From the NCBI GenBank assembly GCA_963727445.1, contig CAVSGI010000010.1, positions 608,001-672,000 on the forward strand: a stretch of DNA of 64,000 bases, in the 5' to 3' direction. The notes beneath the pieces are model-generated. The model was given only the letters and a program-made list of their open reading frames with translations. It ran no database searches and was not told the origin of the DNA. The position numbers and the translations under genes are program-made. Shown one piece after another: positions 50,921-61,221 of this stretch; position 1 is the first letter of the stretch; each line of letters opens with the position of its first letter. This DNA is from an uncultured delta proteobacterium. Lineage in GTDB: Bacteria; Myxococcota_A; Polyangia; Polyangiales; B10-G4.

Positions 50921-52219
50921 ATGACTCCTACCCAGCGCTGGCGCGGGCTCAAGGCCTTGATCCACGACGCCGTGGACGCGACCACGGACCTCGTCGGTGT
51001 GGGGCACGAGTCCACCGCGCGGAGCGTCCGGCGGGTCACCGACGCCATCGAGCCGCTGCGGGAGCCTGCGCGCGTCGTCGACGATGCCCGCCGTGTCTCG
51101 ACGGCCGGGGTACTCGGCACGGTGAAGGCCGTGAATCGGGGCGTCGAGTGGCTGAGCGACTTCGTCATCGATCGCGTCGCAGAGGTCGACGAGCCTCGGT
51201 GGCGAGCGCTCGAAGGAGGACGGGTGATACCCGCGCTGCCGATGCGCTCGGATGCGGCCGGGACGCGTGCGTGGGTGGGAGACGCAGCGATCGGGCTCGT
51301 CAACGCCGCCGTGGGAGACCACCTCAGCGAATCCGAGAACGGGCTGGACATGTCGATGCTCCTCCGCGTGGGTGATGACTACGTGTCGCCCGAACGCGGC
51401 GTGCTGGAGCGGGTGGTGAGAGCGCCGAGCCCGGCGGTCGCGCTCTTCGTACACGGCCTCGGCACCACCGAGTGGTCCTGGTGTCTCGACGCGGAGCGCT
51501 ATCACGGGGACCCGGCCACGACCTTCGGGACGCTCCTCGAAGCGGACCTCGGCTTCACCCCCGTCTACGTGCGCTACAACTCCGGGCGCAGGGTCTCGGA
51601 CAACGGGCGGCTCCTCGCCGCGCAGCTCGAGCGATTCGTGGAGGCCTATCCGACCACGGTCGGGGATCTCACGCTCTTCGGCCACAGCATGGGCGGCCTC
51701 GTCCTCCGGAGCGCCATTCATCACGCCGAGGAACGAGGCTTCACCTGGCCGAGCCTGGTGCGGCGCGTCTTCTGCCTCGGTGCTCCGCACCACGGCGCAC
51801 CCCTCGCGAAGCTGAGCCAGGTCATCGGCAACGCCTTGAAGGTCGTCGACCTCCCCGCCGCTCAGATCGGCGCGCGGATCTTCGACGGACGGAGCGCAGG
51901 GATCAAGGACCTCAGCGCCGGTGACGTGGTTGACCCGGAGTGGCTCGAAACGAATCGGGATGCCGCGACCGATCCGGGCCTACTGCCGCACGCGCGCCAC
52001 TACTTCCTGTCGGCGACCGTGACCACCGACCCCGAGAACAGGTTGGGACGAATCATCGGCGACCTCCTCGTGCGTGACCCCAGCGCCGAGGGCAACGAGC
52101 TCCGCGAGTCGCACTTCCCCATCGAGACCTTCCGCTATGGCGGCGTCATGCACCACCAGCTACAAAACCATCCTTCGCTCTACGTGGAGATTCTCGAAGC
52201 GTGCAGGGAAGCGCGATGA
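50921..52219 (+). CDS. Alpha/beta hydrolase (lipase/PGAP1-like)
   Basis: LFVHGLG, RYNSG, GHSMGG nucleophile elbow, LGAPHHGAPL, GDLLV and HHQL motifs. Confidence 0.85.
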   Translation: MTPTQRWRGLKALIHDAVDATTDLVGVGHESTARSVRRVTDAIEPLREPARVVDDARRVSTAGVLGTVKAVNRGVEWLSDFVIDRVAEVDEPRWRALEGGRVIPALPMRSDAAGTRAWVGDAAIGLVNAAVGDHLSESENGLDMSMLLRVGDDYVSPERGVLERVVRAPSPAVALFVHGLGTTEWSWCLDAERYHGDPATTFGTLLEADLGFTPVYVRYNSGRRVSDNGRLLAAQLERFVEAYPTTVGDLTLFGHSMGGLVLRSAIHHAEERGFTWPSLVRRVFCLGAPHHGAPLAKLSQVIGNALKVVDLPAAQIGARIFDGRSAGIKDLSAGDVVDPEWLETNRDAATDPGLLPHARHYFLSATVTTDPENRLGRIIGDLLVRDPSAEGNELRESHFPIETFRYGGVMHHQLQNHPSLYVEILEACREAR

Positions 52220-52285
52220 GCGAAGAGACGTGTGGCAGCGGTGCCCAGGGGACGTCACCGAACTCCGAACGCCGTGAGCCCGCCG

Positions 52286-54385
52286 TCAGGGCGTGACGTC
52301 GATTCCGCCGAATGCCGGCGCGCCGGGCACGGGGAGCGTCGTCGCGTCCAAGTTCGTCTCGTTGTCGCGAAAGCGGACTCCGCGAGCGATGACGTCGAGG
52401 TCGGCGCCCGCGACCTGTACGCAGAGCCCGAGCGGAGAACCGGCGACCAGCCCATCTTCGAAGCGCGTGCTCAGCATCTGGTCGGAGCTCGTGGTCGTCA
52501 GCAGCATGCCGCAGAGCGAGCTGCCGACAATCTCGAATCGCGAGAGCGAGAGATCGCTGGCACCTGCCACCAGGCCGTAGCCGAAGGGGGTGTCGGGACA
52601 AGACGTCGCCGCGCACACCGAGGCGACCATGCCGACGGAGACGTCGGAGAGATCGAGTGTCGCCTCGTTCACCGCCCCCAGGCCTAGAGTGTGAGCGTTC
52701 TCGATGCGAACCCGGGCGCCGCGCAGCGAACCGCCCTCCTGCACGTGAACCCCCGCTCCGAGGAGCGGGTCCTCCGCCGTACCGACCGGGTCGCGAACGA
52801 CGAGGTCCTCCACGTCCCCGGAGGCGCCGTCGACAAGGAGCCCGAGATCGTGGTTCTCCGCCATGAGCACGCGGCGGATCATCACCGACCCCGAGAGTCC
52901 GATGAGCGCGCCGCGCCCCCCGAGACCATCGTTTTCGGCCGGGAGGGTGTCATAGATGGCTGCGTCCTCGAGGAAGACCTGGGCCTCCGTGCCCGCGAGG
53001 ATGGCGACGTCGCGGTTGCCGGAGAGTACGCCACGAGTCACGCGGATCACCGCGCCCTCGCCTCCGAAGACGCCGAATCCGCCGGTGCCGTCCGCTTCCT
53101 CGGCGAGGGTGTCGCGAATCACGACATCGCTCAGCAGGACCTCGGTGCCTTCCTCGACCGCGAAGATCGCCTCCGCCCGATTTCCAGCGACGACCACGCG
53201 TTCGGCGACGACGCGCGACGCCTCCTGCGCGTTGATGCCGCGACCATGAACGCGGCTCGATTGAAGCGATCGGGTGTTGCGGACGATCGAATCGGTCAGC
53301 GTGATCACGGCGCCCGCTCCCTTGGCGACGACTCCCACGTCGTGATTTCCGTCGATCACCACCCGTGAGAGAGTGACCTCTGAGCGGGCCCCCTGGACGA
53401 AGACGCCGAAGCCATTGTTGCCGGCGCCACTCGGTTGCGTGTCCCGGACGAGGGCATCCGTGAGGGTGAGCTCGATGTCGTCCCCGATGGCGGCGAGGCC
53501 GTAGCCCACGTTGGCATCCAGGATCACCCGCTGCGCGTCGAGGCGTACGCCGCCTCCATCGATCACGATCCCCCGGCCCCGCCCGCCGACGCTGGTGCTC
53601 TCCGTGGTCTCCCGGATCACGACGTCTCGCAGCGACACCTCGGCGTCCGGGCCATCGACGTAGAGACCGCGGCCCAGGGGTGTGTTCACCGCGACCGCCT
53701 CGACCTCGAGCGAACGCCCACCCGGAACCACCAGAGCGTTCTGCATCGGATGATCGATGGTCAGCTCGCGGACCACCGCAGCCTCACCCCCGTTCTGTAC
53801 GCTGATCAGGATCGCCAGGGGTGGGCTCGCCCCTTCGAGGATCGTCTCGGCGGCGCAGGCGCCGACCAGACGCACGCCAGCGCGGAGGGGAATGGTCCCG
53901 GCGAAGCGTCCTTTGGAGAGGGCCACCGTGTCGCCTGGCGAGAGCGTGGCCCAGGGCACCTCGTCGAGGGAGCCGAACGGCGCTCCCATCGAGCCGTCAC
54001 CTCCGGTCGGTCCCGCCTGGACGTAGAGGACACCGCTCGCCGGGAGATCCTCCGCGTAGTCTCCGCTCGGGCAGGCGCTTCCCAGCGGGCGACAACCGGG
54101 CTCCCCGGGGAAGTGGGCTTCGCCCGGACCGCAGGTCGCGGGGCCGTCGTCCGGATAGGGCTCGCACTCCACGACGCGGCGGTCGACCTCGCGCCAGCCC
54201 TCCGGGCAGGGAGCGAGCGCCACCGGTGGCACGCCATCGCTGAGCCAAGGGATGTCGGGAGGGAGGAGGACGGCATCGGCGGCGCCCGCATCCACGACGA
54301 GCCCCGTGTCAGGGGTCGATGCGTCGTCGCCGCCACACGCTCCGAGGAGCGCCGCGAGCGTCGCGAGGGTCGCGGTTCGCGCCAC
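52286..54385 (-). CDS. Lipoprotein with right-handed parallel beta-helix repeats
   Basis: LGAC lipobox; EAHFPGEPGC and GGDGSMGAPF; repeated L(T/S)DxxxR(D/N)T units. Confidence 0.75.
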   Translation of the reverse strand: MARTATLATLAALLGACGGDDASTPDTGLVVDAGAADAVLLPPDIPWLSDGVPPVALAPCPEGWREVDRRVVECEPYPDDGPATCGPGEAHFPGEPGCRPLGSACPSGDYAEDLPASGVLYVQAGPTGGDGSMGAPFGSLDEVPWATLSPGDTVALSKGRFAGTIPLRAGVRLVGACAAETILEGASPPLAILISVQNGGEAAVVRELTIDHPMQNALVVPGGRSLEVEAVAVNTPLGRGLYVDGPDAEVSLRDVVIRETTESTSVGGRGRGIVIDGGGVRLDAQRVILDANVGYGLAAIGDDIELTLTDALVRDTQPSGAGNNGFGVFVQGARSEVTLSRVVIDGNHDVGVVAKGAGAVITLTDSIVRNTRSLQSSRVHGRGINAQEASRVVAERVVVAGNRAEAIFAVEEGTEVLLSDVVIRDTLAEEADGTGGFGVFGGEGAVIRVTRGVLSGNRDVAILAGTEAQVFLEDAAIYDTLPAENDGLGGRGALIGLSGSVMIRRVLMAENHDLGLLVDGASGDVEDLVVRDPVGTAEDPLLGAGVHVQEGGSLRGARVRIENAHTLGLGAVNEATLDLSDVSVGMVASVCAATSCPDTPFGYGLVAGASDLSLSRFEIVGSSLCGMLLTTTSSDQMLSTRFEDGLVAGSPLGLCVQVAGADLDVIARGVRFRDNETNLDATTLPVPGAPAFGGIDVTP

Positions 54386-54492
54386 GCCACGAGGTTATCA
54401 CTGACGGGGCGACTATTTCCGCCGCAGCGGAGATGCAGGAATGAGGCCGGAGAGGATAGGCGCGGAAGCGACGAACCTCTACCATCCGCAAC

Positions 54493-55269
54493 GTGAGGCT
54501 CATGCTCCCACCCGACCGTGGAGAGGTCGCAGCCACCGCGCGCGCCGCGGTCCTGACGGATTGGATGGGCGGCTGGCTCGGTGAACGGGTGGAGGTGACC
54601 GTCGCGAGAGACTACGGGCAGCTCGCCGACGTCGTGTCGAGGGGCGAGGTCGAGATGGCCTGGGTGACGCCCTTCGTGGCGTCGCGGGTTCGGCTCCTCG
54701 TGAGCCGGCTGCTGACCATCGTGCGCTACGGGGCCACCGGCTGCGCAGCCACCTTCGTAGTCCATCGTGACTCGGACATCTCGTCGCTCCGAGATCTGCG
54801 GGGCAAGCGAGCCAGCTGGGTCGATCCCCTCTCCATGAACGGTCACCTCATGGCGCTGAAGCACCTGGAGAAGAGCGGATTCGATCCGTCGGCCCACTTC
54901 TCGGAGCAGCACTTCGCCGGAAGCTACCGCGCAACGCTCTCGGAGGTCGCCGAGGGCCGGGCCGATGTGACCTCCTTCTTCGTCGTTGCCAACGACCGGG
55001 ACATGACGCTCCGCGAGATGCGAGAGCTGCTCGGAGCGCGCGCAGAGGACCTGGCGATCCTGGAGATCACGGATCCCGCGCCCTTCGACGCGATCGCCCT
55101 ACCCAGCGGGCCCCGCGCGAGCTTCCTCGCCGGCGAGCTCCTGAAGCTCGATCAGAAGATGAGCCCGCCCGCGATGCTCCTCGAGGTCTGTCGCGCCGAT
55201 CGCTTCATCGACGCCGACCTCGACGCCTACGCGGGCTTCGACGAATACGTCGACCTCACGTCGCTCTGA
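54493..55269 (+). CDS. PhnD-like phosphate/phosphonate-binding-protein-fold protein, no signal peptide
   Basis: DYGQLADVVSRGEVEMAW, LRDLRGKRASWVDPLSMNGHL and VAEGRADV motifs. Confidence 0.75.
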   Translation: MRLMLPPDRGEVAATARAAVLTDWMGGWLGERVEVTVARDYGQLADVVSRGEVEMAWVTPFVASRVRLLVSRLLTIVRYGATGCAATFVVHRDSDISSLRDLRGKRASWVDPLSMNGHLMALKHLEKSGFDPSAHFSEQHFAGSYRATLSEVAEGRADVTSFFVVANDRDMTLREMRELLGARAEDLAILEITDPAPFDAIALPSGPRASFLAGELLKLDQKMSPPAMLLEVCRADRFIDADLDAYAGFDEYVDLTSL

Positions 55270-55342
55270 GCGGGCGTCGGGCGCCGCACCTGCAGCTCCT
55301 CCATCGCAGCCGCAGTCCCCGCAGAGTCGCCGAATCCCGACG

Positions 55343-56773
55343 TCAGGGTTCGAAGAAGACGTCGAGATCCGAGTCACTGCGGGGGACGTCCTCGTGCTCG
55401 CCGCGTGCGTTCTCGACATGCACCGTGCCATCGCCCGGGAACGAGAGCTGCGCTCGCGCCTCGATGGTGCGCGCGCCGCCTTCGATGACGTCTCTGACGT
55501 GCTCGGCGATACGAACGCAGCGGAGCGCGACGGTGGCCAGATCTCTGCAGACCAGATAGCCCTCCTCTTGGAGCTCGTGATCGACGTCCTCCTCGTCGTC
55601 GTACGCGCGCTCGGTCTCGTAGTGGAGCAGCAGCTCGGGATCACCGCCCCCGACGAGCTCGCGCAGCGCCGGATCCCGGGTGTGGAAGTGCATGGTGCCG
55701 CTCATCTGGTTGCCGTTGAAGGGACCATCCGCGATCTTCGGGCCCTGCCACCAGCCCGCCTCGGTCGCGATGGCGAGGTGGTGACTCTCCATCTGCTGGG
55801 GTCCGCGCTCGAGCTTCAGCACCGCGACCTCACGAAGCGCGCCACCCGCGGGTGCTTCGAGCCGGTATGGGACGGTGAGCGTGCAAGCATCCTCGGAGTC
55901 GACGTCGCCTTCACGACAGCGCAGGGCTTCGCGCCCGACGGCCTCCGGCGAGGGCAGGGGTGTGAAGGCCGGGGCTCGTTGGCGCGGCGCGCGGCGACCG
56001 CCCGGCGGTGGCGGCGCGAAGACCGAGCTGCAGGGCTCGAGCAAGCGCGACAGGCACTCGCCGAGATAGCGGCCGGGCGCGCGGTCCACGTACGCGGGCG
56101 GGTCCGGATCCGACACCCAGACGCCGTCCGGAAGGCGCAACACCTGGAGAAGCTGCTGTGGGTCCCACGGATTCGAAACGGCGTTGGGAAAGGAATCCGC
56201 ATCGCTCGCGTACGTGAAGAGGCGCTCGTCGGAAGTGGCGACGCGCCCGTGGTCGTCGTAGCGGCACGTTCGCACGCGTGGCTGTCGGTCTTCGAATCCG
56301 TCTTCGATGCTGACGGGCCGCCCGCGCTCGTCGTAGGTCCAGCGGACGATTCTCACGCCTTCCTCCGGGTCATCGTAGCGCGCCTCGACCTGGCGGGAAT
56401 CCTCGTCTTCCGCGTAGGTCACGCGCGTTTCGAGAAGCGGTCCCTCCTCGCCCATTCCCTCGACGGCCTCGCGTTGAATCCTGACGACCCGCCCGCGCTC
56501 GTCGCGCAGGTACCGCTCTTCGTACTGCGTGCCCGCGGCGTCGCTGGCCTCGTAACGCGCCGTCGGAAGCCCTTCGGCGTCGAAAGAGATCTGCTCTTCG
56601 GATTCGGGGAGGAGCAAACGGCACGTGCTGACCGTGTCCCGCGCAACGGGCTCGCTCGGTCGGGCCCGCGTCGGAACCGCGCCTGCCGCGGTGGGCGGGG
56701 CGACCCCCGTCGCCGGCCCCGACCGCGACCCACAGCCGACGGCAAGCAGAGCGAGGATGAGCGGTCGAAGCAC
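55343..56773 (-). CDS. Lipoprotein with a few YD-like repeats and unknown C-terminal domain
   Basis: AVGC lipobox; FDAEG, RDERGR, YDERGR and YDDHGR repeats. Confidence 0.6.
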   Translation of the reverse strand: MLRPLILALLAVGCGSRSGPATGVAPPTAAGAVPTRARPSEPVARDTVSTCRLLLPESEEQISFDAEGLPTARYEASDAAGTQYEERYLRDERGRVVRIQREAVEGMGEEGPLLETRVTYAEDEDSRQVEARYDDPEEGVRIVRWTYDERGRPVSIEDGFEDRQPRVRTCRYDDHGRVATSDERLFTYASDADSFPNAVSNPWDPQQLLQVLRLPDGVWVSDPDPPAYVDRAPGRYLGECLSRLLEPCSSVFAPPPPGGRRAPRQRAPAFTPLPSPEAVGREALRCREGDVDSEDACTLTVPYRLEAPAGGALREVAVLKLERGPQQMESHHLAIATEAGWWQGPKIADGPFNGNQMSGTMHFHTRDPALRELVGGGDPELLLHYETERAYDDEEDVDHELQEEGYLVCRDLATVALRCVRIAEHVRDVIEGGARTIEARAQLSFPGDGTVHVENARGEHEDVPRSDSDLDVFFEP

Positions 56774-56864
56774 CGGCGGAGTATAGGGACCATGAGGCTC
56801 GGGTTTCCAGCCACGTCCCTGGGGAACGTCCGTTCGCATTCGGCGCATGGTGTATGATCATCGA

Positions 56865-58370
56865 GTGCGGTCGTCGTTCACCATCCCCTTGGCGGTTTTC
56901 GCCGCCATCGGGTGCGGCGGCGGGGACGGTTCCTCGCTCCTCGTCGATCTGAAGACGGATTTGCGGCCGGGGGTCGAGTTCGCCGCGGTCGAGCTGGAGC
57001 TCTTCGAGGGACGGCCCAGTGACGAAGCGGCTCCGATCCGCGAGCAGCGCGTCTCGGTGAGCGTGCTCGACGACGTGATCGAGGCACATCGGATCGCCGA
57101 CATCAGCGGCCTCGAATCTGGCGACCACGGCCTTGTCGCTACTCTCGTGGACGCGACGGGCGGCTTCGTCGCCCAGCGCACGATTCTCTTCGAGCTCAGC
57201 GGGACTCTCGGGGTCACGGTCCTCATCACGCGCGATTGCCGCAGCATCCGCTGTCCGACGGCCACCGATGCGCCGGAGGCGACCTCGTGTCTGGGAGGGG
57301 TATGCGTGGATCCGGGCTGTGCGGGCGCGTCCTGCGGCGGTGGGGGTTGCACCACGGGCGGCGAATGCGCGGCGGCCGATCCGTGCGCCACCCCTTCGTG
57401 TGACGAAGGCGTCTGCTTCTACCGTCCGGACGACAGCTCCTGTGGCGCTGGGCAGGTGTGCATACCGGATCGGGGTTGCGTCGCGACGGCGACAGATGCC
57501 GCTCCGATGGACACGGGCGTGCCGGATGCTGCCGTCGATGGCGGTGATGCGGGAGACGCCGGAGACGCCGGAGATGGGGGCTGCACCCTCGGGCCGTTCT
57601 CGTCGCCCGAGCCCCTCACGACGCTCAACTCGACGAGCTTCGATTGCTGCCCGACCGTCACCGCCGACGGGCAGGAGCTCTACTTCGTGAGCAACCGCGC
57701 CACCGGGCAGCTCTTCCACTCGACGCGAAGCACCGCCGGCGTGTGGGCGGCGCCCGATGTGGTGGATGAGCTGGGGGACATGGGTACGATAGGTGAGCCA
57801 GCGGTGACCGGCGATGGGCTCACTCTCTACTTCGAGTCGGACAGAGACAGCCCATCCAACTTTCAGCTCTACGTAGCTACGCGTGGCGCACGTACCGAGA
57901 GCTTCGGTACGCCGTCACTCGTCGGTGGCGAGCTGACGACGCTGGTCGACCCTCGAGGCGTCACGGTCACCGGCGATCATCTCGAGCTCTTCCTCACGGT
58001 CGGAAACGAAGGATCCACGGGGCAGATCTGGCGGATGACCCGCGATGACCTCTCGGCAGAGTGGTCCGGCGCGCTGCCGGTGGACTCGACCCTCACGGGC
58101 ATGTTGGCGAGCTTCCCCGGTGTGTCCCGCGACGGCCTCGAGCTCTTCTATCAGATGAGCGACGCGGGCGCCCCGAACGATGTCTACGTAGCGCGCCGAC
58201 CAGATCGCGACTCACCTTTCGGCACTCCGATCCCGGTCCCCAGCCTCTCGCGCGCCGGGATCGACGAAGGGGACCCTGCGGTGACGCTCGAGGGCCGCGA
58301 GCTCTACCTGAACATCACGAGCCCGACCGACGACACCGACATTTTCGTGGCCCGGCGCGAGTGTCTTTGA
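56865..58370 (+). CDS. Lipoprotein with Cys-rich region and PD40/TolB-like beta-propeller
   Basis: AIGC lipobox; repeats PTVTADGQELYF, PAVTGDGLTLYF, PGVSRDGLELFY and PAVTLEGRELYL. Confidence 0.75.
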   Translation: MRSSFTIPLAVFAAIGCGGGDGSSLLVDLKTDLRPGVEFAAVELELFEGRPSDEAAPIREQRVSVSVLDDVIEAHRIADISGLESGDHGLVATLVDATGGFVAQRTILFELSGTLGVTVLITRDCRSIRCPTATDAPEATSCLGGVCVDPGCAGASCGGGGCTTGGECAAADPCATPSCDEGVCFYRPDDSSCGAGQVCIPDRGCVATATDAAPMDTGVPDAAVDGGDAGDAGDAGDGGCTLGPFSSPEPLTTLNSTSFDCCPTVTADGQELYFVSNRATGQLFHSTRSTAGVWAAPDVVDELGDMGTIGEPAVTGDGLTLYFESDRDSPSNFQLYVATRGARTESFGTPSLVGGELTTLVDPRGVTVTGDHLELFLTVGNEGSTGQIWRMTRDDLSAEWSGALPVDSTLTGMLASFPGVSRDGLELFYQMSDAGAPNDVYVARRPDRDSPFGTPIPVPSLSRAGIDEGDPAVTLEGRELYLNITSPTDDTDIFVARRECL

Positions 58371-58402
58371 ATGAGCTCGCCGCCAGCCGGCGCGAGAAGT
58401 TG

Positions 58403-58744
58403 TCAGGGGGATTCGGAGTGGATGACCGTCGCGTTCAATCCGTTCGCGTCGATGGCATTCTGAACGAGGCTCCGGGCCCGTTCGGCATCACACGAGGAAG
58501 CCGCAACCGTGAGGCCCAACGAGCCGTACTCGATGATGTCGATGCCCTCCTCTTCCAGGAGTGCACGCAGGCGCTCACCCGTTGCGACGTCCCCGTTCAG
58601 GTATTGGGCGATGGGGAGCATTTCTTCTTCGGCCTCGCAGTCCGATTCGACGGAGCTCGTCGGGCTGCGCGTGGCGGTCCCGCTGCACGCGAGGGTCGAG
58701 CTGCAGGCCAACAACAGTAGGCCACACGGGTACACGATGTTCAT
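58403..58744 (-). CDS. Small hypothetical lipoprotein
   Basis: LLLLAC signal; C-terminal LRALLEEEGID...DAERARSLV resembles DUF2007-type small domains. Confidence 0.45.
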   Translation of the reverse strand: MNIVYPCGLLLLACSSTLACSGTATRSPTSSVESDCEAEEEMLPIAQYLNGDVATGERLRALLEEEGIDIIEYGSLGLTVAASSCDAERARSLVQNAIDANGLNATVIHSESP

Positions 58745-58791
58745 GCGTGCTCTTGGACGTCGCACTTCACAAAAAGGTCTCCCCTGAGGTC

Positions 58792-59589
58792 TCAAGGGCA
58801 GGAGAGCGCCGAGATCTCCGCGGCATCCCAAGCACTGATCTGTCCGAAGTCCATGAACGCCCAGTATGGGGTCCCCTCGATGTGGAGCGTGCAGCCAGTG
58901 GCGAGGGGGTAGGAGTCCCAGAGCGTGGTGGGCAAGCGGAGTTGGAGAAGCGGCTCCCCCGTGACTCCCGCTGTCTCGACGACGGCGCGGGTGAAGGCTT
59001 CTCCACCTACCTCGGGGGTACCGGTGATCGTGAGATCGACGGCGATGAGCTCGTGCGCGTAGTCCTCGAGACTCGAGACGAGATCCGCCGCGGAAGACAC
59101 GTCCTGGACCAGTCCGCTGATGTCGTTATCGGAGGACGTGACGACCAGCTCCGTGATCGCGCTGGCTCGCTTGTGGCCGATCCGCGTCTCCACCGCGGTG
59201 ACACGAAAGCTGACCATGTCGCCCGCGGATACCGATGATGGGTCGACCTGCACCACCAATGCGGGCCCCATTGGCTCGGACTGCACGAAGAACCCGGGGA
59301 TGTCGACGCCGATGGCGGGCCTCACGTAGGTCACCAACACGTCTTCGATCCTGACGTTTGCCGGGCCGTCGGGTGACGAGAGCGCCGCCTCGATGCCGAC
59401 GAGCTCCATTCCCGTGTCCGCGGTCGCATCCCCGTCTGGGGCAGCGTCGGGCATCGGCGTGTTGGTATCGATGGCGGAATCGGCGACGCCGGTGTCCAAC
59501 GTGCCGGTGTCGGCCGTGGCGCCGTCATCACCACACGCGAGCGCGATTGTCGAAAATGCGATCAGCGTCCACTTCCATGCTCTGGCCAT
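58792..59589 (-). CDS. Lipoprotein with acidic tether and OB-fold-like domains
   Basis: ALAC lipobox; DTG linker; VLVTYV...GFFVQ...GDMVSFRV pattern of nuclease-associated OB folds. Confidence 0.6.
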   Translation of the reverse strand: MARAWKWTLIAFSTIALACGDDGATADTGTLDTGVADSAIDTNTPMPDAAPDGDATADTGMELVGIEAALSSPDGPANVRIEDVLVTYVRPAIGVDIPGFFVQSEPMGPALVVQVDPSSVSAGDMVSFRVTAVETRIGHKRASAITELVVTSSDNDISGLVQDVSSAADLVSSLEDYAHELIAVDLTITGTPEVGGEAFTRAVVETAGVTGEPLLQLRLPTTLWDSYPLATGCTLHIEGTPYWAFMDFGQISAWDAAEISALSCP

Positions 59590-59654
59590 GGCCGCGAACT
59601 ACGCACAGAAGCATGGGAGTCAACACTTCAGACGCTCCCGAAGTTGCCGGGCAC

Positions 59655-61118
59655 TCACGGCCCCACCGGCCCCAGGTAGAGATTCGCCCGCGTCGCCGTT
59701 CCACACCCCGTGTCGTCTCCATCGACGGCGGCCGCGACCACGACGCGCCCATCGCGCAGGACACCCACGGCACGCCCGATGTCCGCACCCGGGGTGCCCA
59801 ACGGGTCGCTCCATCGATGAGCACCAGAAGCGGTGTCGAGTGCGACCACGAACGCGTCGGCTCCCTCGGTGACGAGGGAACCGCCGCCGAAGTCGACGGG
59901 GCCCTCGAAAGCGCCAGTGAAATAGACGGTCGAGCCGGTCGTGATCGCGCGACGGCCTTCGTCACAGCCGGGCCCGCCGAAGCTCTTCTGCCAGCGCACC
60001 ACGCCGTCGCGGTCGTAGGAGACGATGAAGATGTCGCGGCTGCCCTGGCCCGTCAGCGCTCCACCGCCCGGGTCGATGTCCGCGGTGCCCTCGAAGTAGC
60101 CCGAGACATAGAGGCTTCCGGCGTCATCGACCGCGACGTCGTTACCGTAGTCGAAGCCACTGGCGCCGAAGGTGCGCGACCAGCGGTAGACGCCATCCTC
60201 GGTGAGGGCCAGGACGAACGCGTCCTGGATACCTCGATAGGGCTCGGCCCCGCCGCCGAAGTCGAGCATGCCCTCGTAGAAGCCGGTGGCGTAGATGCTC
60301 CCGTCGCTCGCGACCGCCACGCCGCGGCAGCTGTTGAAGCGCACGTCGCCCCACGCCCTCGACCAGCGGTCGCTGCCGGATGGTTCGATGAGGGCCACGA
60401 AGCAGGCGGCGGTCGCTCCCGTGCTCAACATCCCACTTCCGAAGTCGATGGTGTCACCGAAGGATCCGACGAGGACGACGTCCACGCTGCCGATGCGCGC
60501 GAGCTTCCCGCCGCCGTCGTCCCCGGCGCCACCGTAGGCGAACGATGCCTGGTGCTCGCCGGTCCGGGACATGCGCATCAGGAAGACGTCTCGCCCCCCG
60601 GCGCTGGTCTTCGTCCCACCGCCGAAGTCCACCATTCCGGTGAAGAAGCCGGTGACCCAGAGGTCGCCCGCGGAATCGAGGAGCACGGCTTCGCCTTCGT
60701 CCCGGGTGGCGCTCCCCCAGGTTCGCGTGAATCGATGCGCGCCCGTCTGCTCGTAGCTCACGACGAAGGCGTCGCGCTCTCCCACGCTCGCGCGGTCGCC
60801 GTCCCCGAAGTTCGCGGTTCCGTCGAAGTAGCCGGTCAAGTAGATCGCCCCGCTCCCGTCGACGACGAGGTCCTGAACCTGAATGCGACCATCGCCGACG
60901 GAAACGCGCGGCCACACATCCGGGCCGCCAGCATCGGCGTCGGTCGCCGCATCTCCGGCGGCGTCGGCTACGGCGTCGGCTCGCGCGTCGGCGTCCCCCG
61001 CATCGAGCGTCGCGTCGACGGTTCCGCCGTCCTCGCCCCGGCCCTCGTCGAAGCCGATCCGCCCGCACCCCACGAGTAGGAGCGCGGCGACGACCACACC
61101 TGCGCGGCCGGGAGTCAT
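59655..61118 (-). CDS. Lipoprotein with SBBP-type beta-propeller repeats
   Basis: LVGCGRIGFD; repeated units VDxxGxxYxTGxFxGxxDFGGG...DAFV. Confidence 0.75.
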   Translation of the reverse strand: MTPGRAGVVVAALLLVGCGRIGFDEGRGEDGGTVDATLDAGDADARADAVADAAGDAATDADAGGPDVWPRVSVGDGRIQVQDLVVDGSGAIYLTGYFDGTANFGDGDRASVGERDAFVVSYEQTGAHRFTRTWGSATRDEGEAVLLDSAGDLWVTGFFTGMVDFGGGTKTSAGGRDVFLMRMSRTGEHQASFAYGGAGDDGGGKLARIGSVDVVLVGSFGDTIDFGSGMLSTGATAACFVALIEPSGSDRWSRAWGDVRFNSCRGVAVASDGSIYATGFYEGMLDFGGGAEPYRGIQDAFVLALTEDGVYRWSRTFGASGFDYGNDVAVDDAGSLYVSGYFEGTADIDPGGGALTGQGSRDIFIVSYDRDGVVRWQKSFGGPGCDEGRRAITTGSTVYFTGAFEGPVDFGGGSLVTEGADAFVVALDTASGAHRWSDPLGTPGADIGRAVGVLRDGRVVVAAAVDGDDTGCGTATRANLYLGPVGP

Positions 61119-61221
61119 CGGCGTGCGCGGCGACGTCTTCGAGCGCATCGGACCAGTGTCCAGGAGCCCCCGTGTGTGTCAACCGACCCGACCATCAGTC
61201 GAACGGGGGCACCACTCCGCC

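Noticed and set aside
55343..56773. RHS polymorphic toxin
   Set aside because: Only about four YD-like repeats, no RHS core or PxxxxDPxG motif, and no evident immunity gene.
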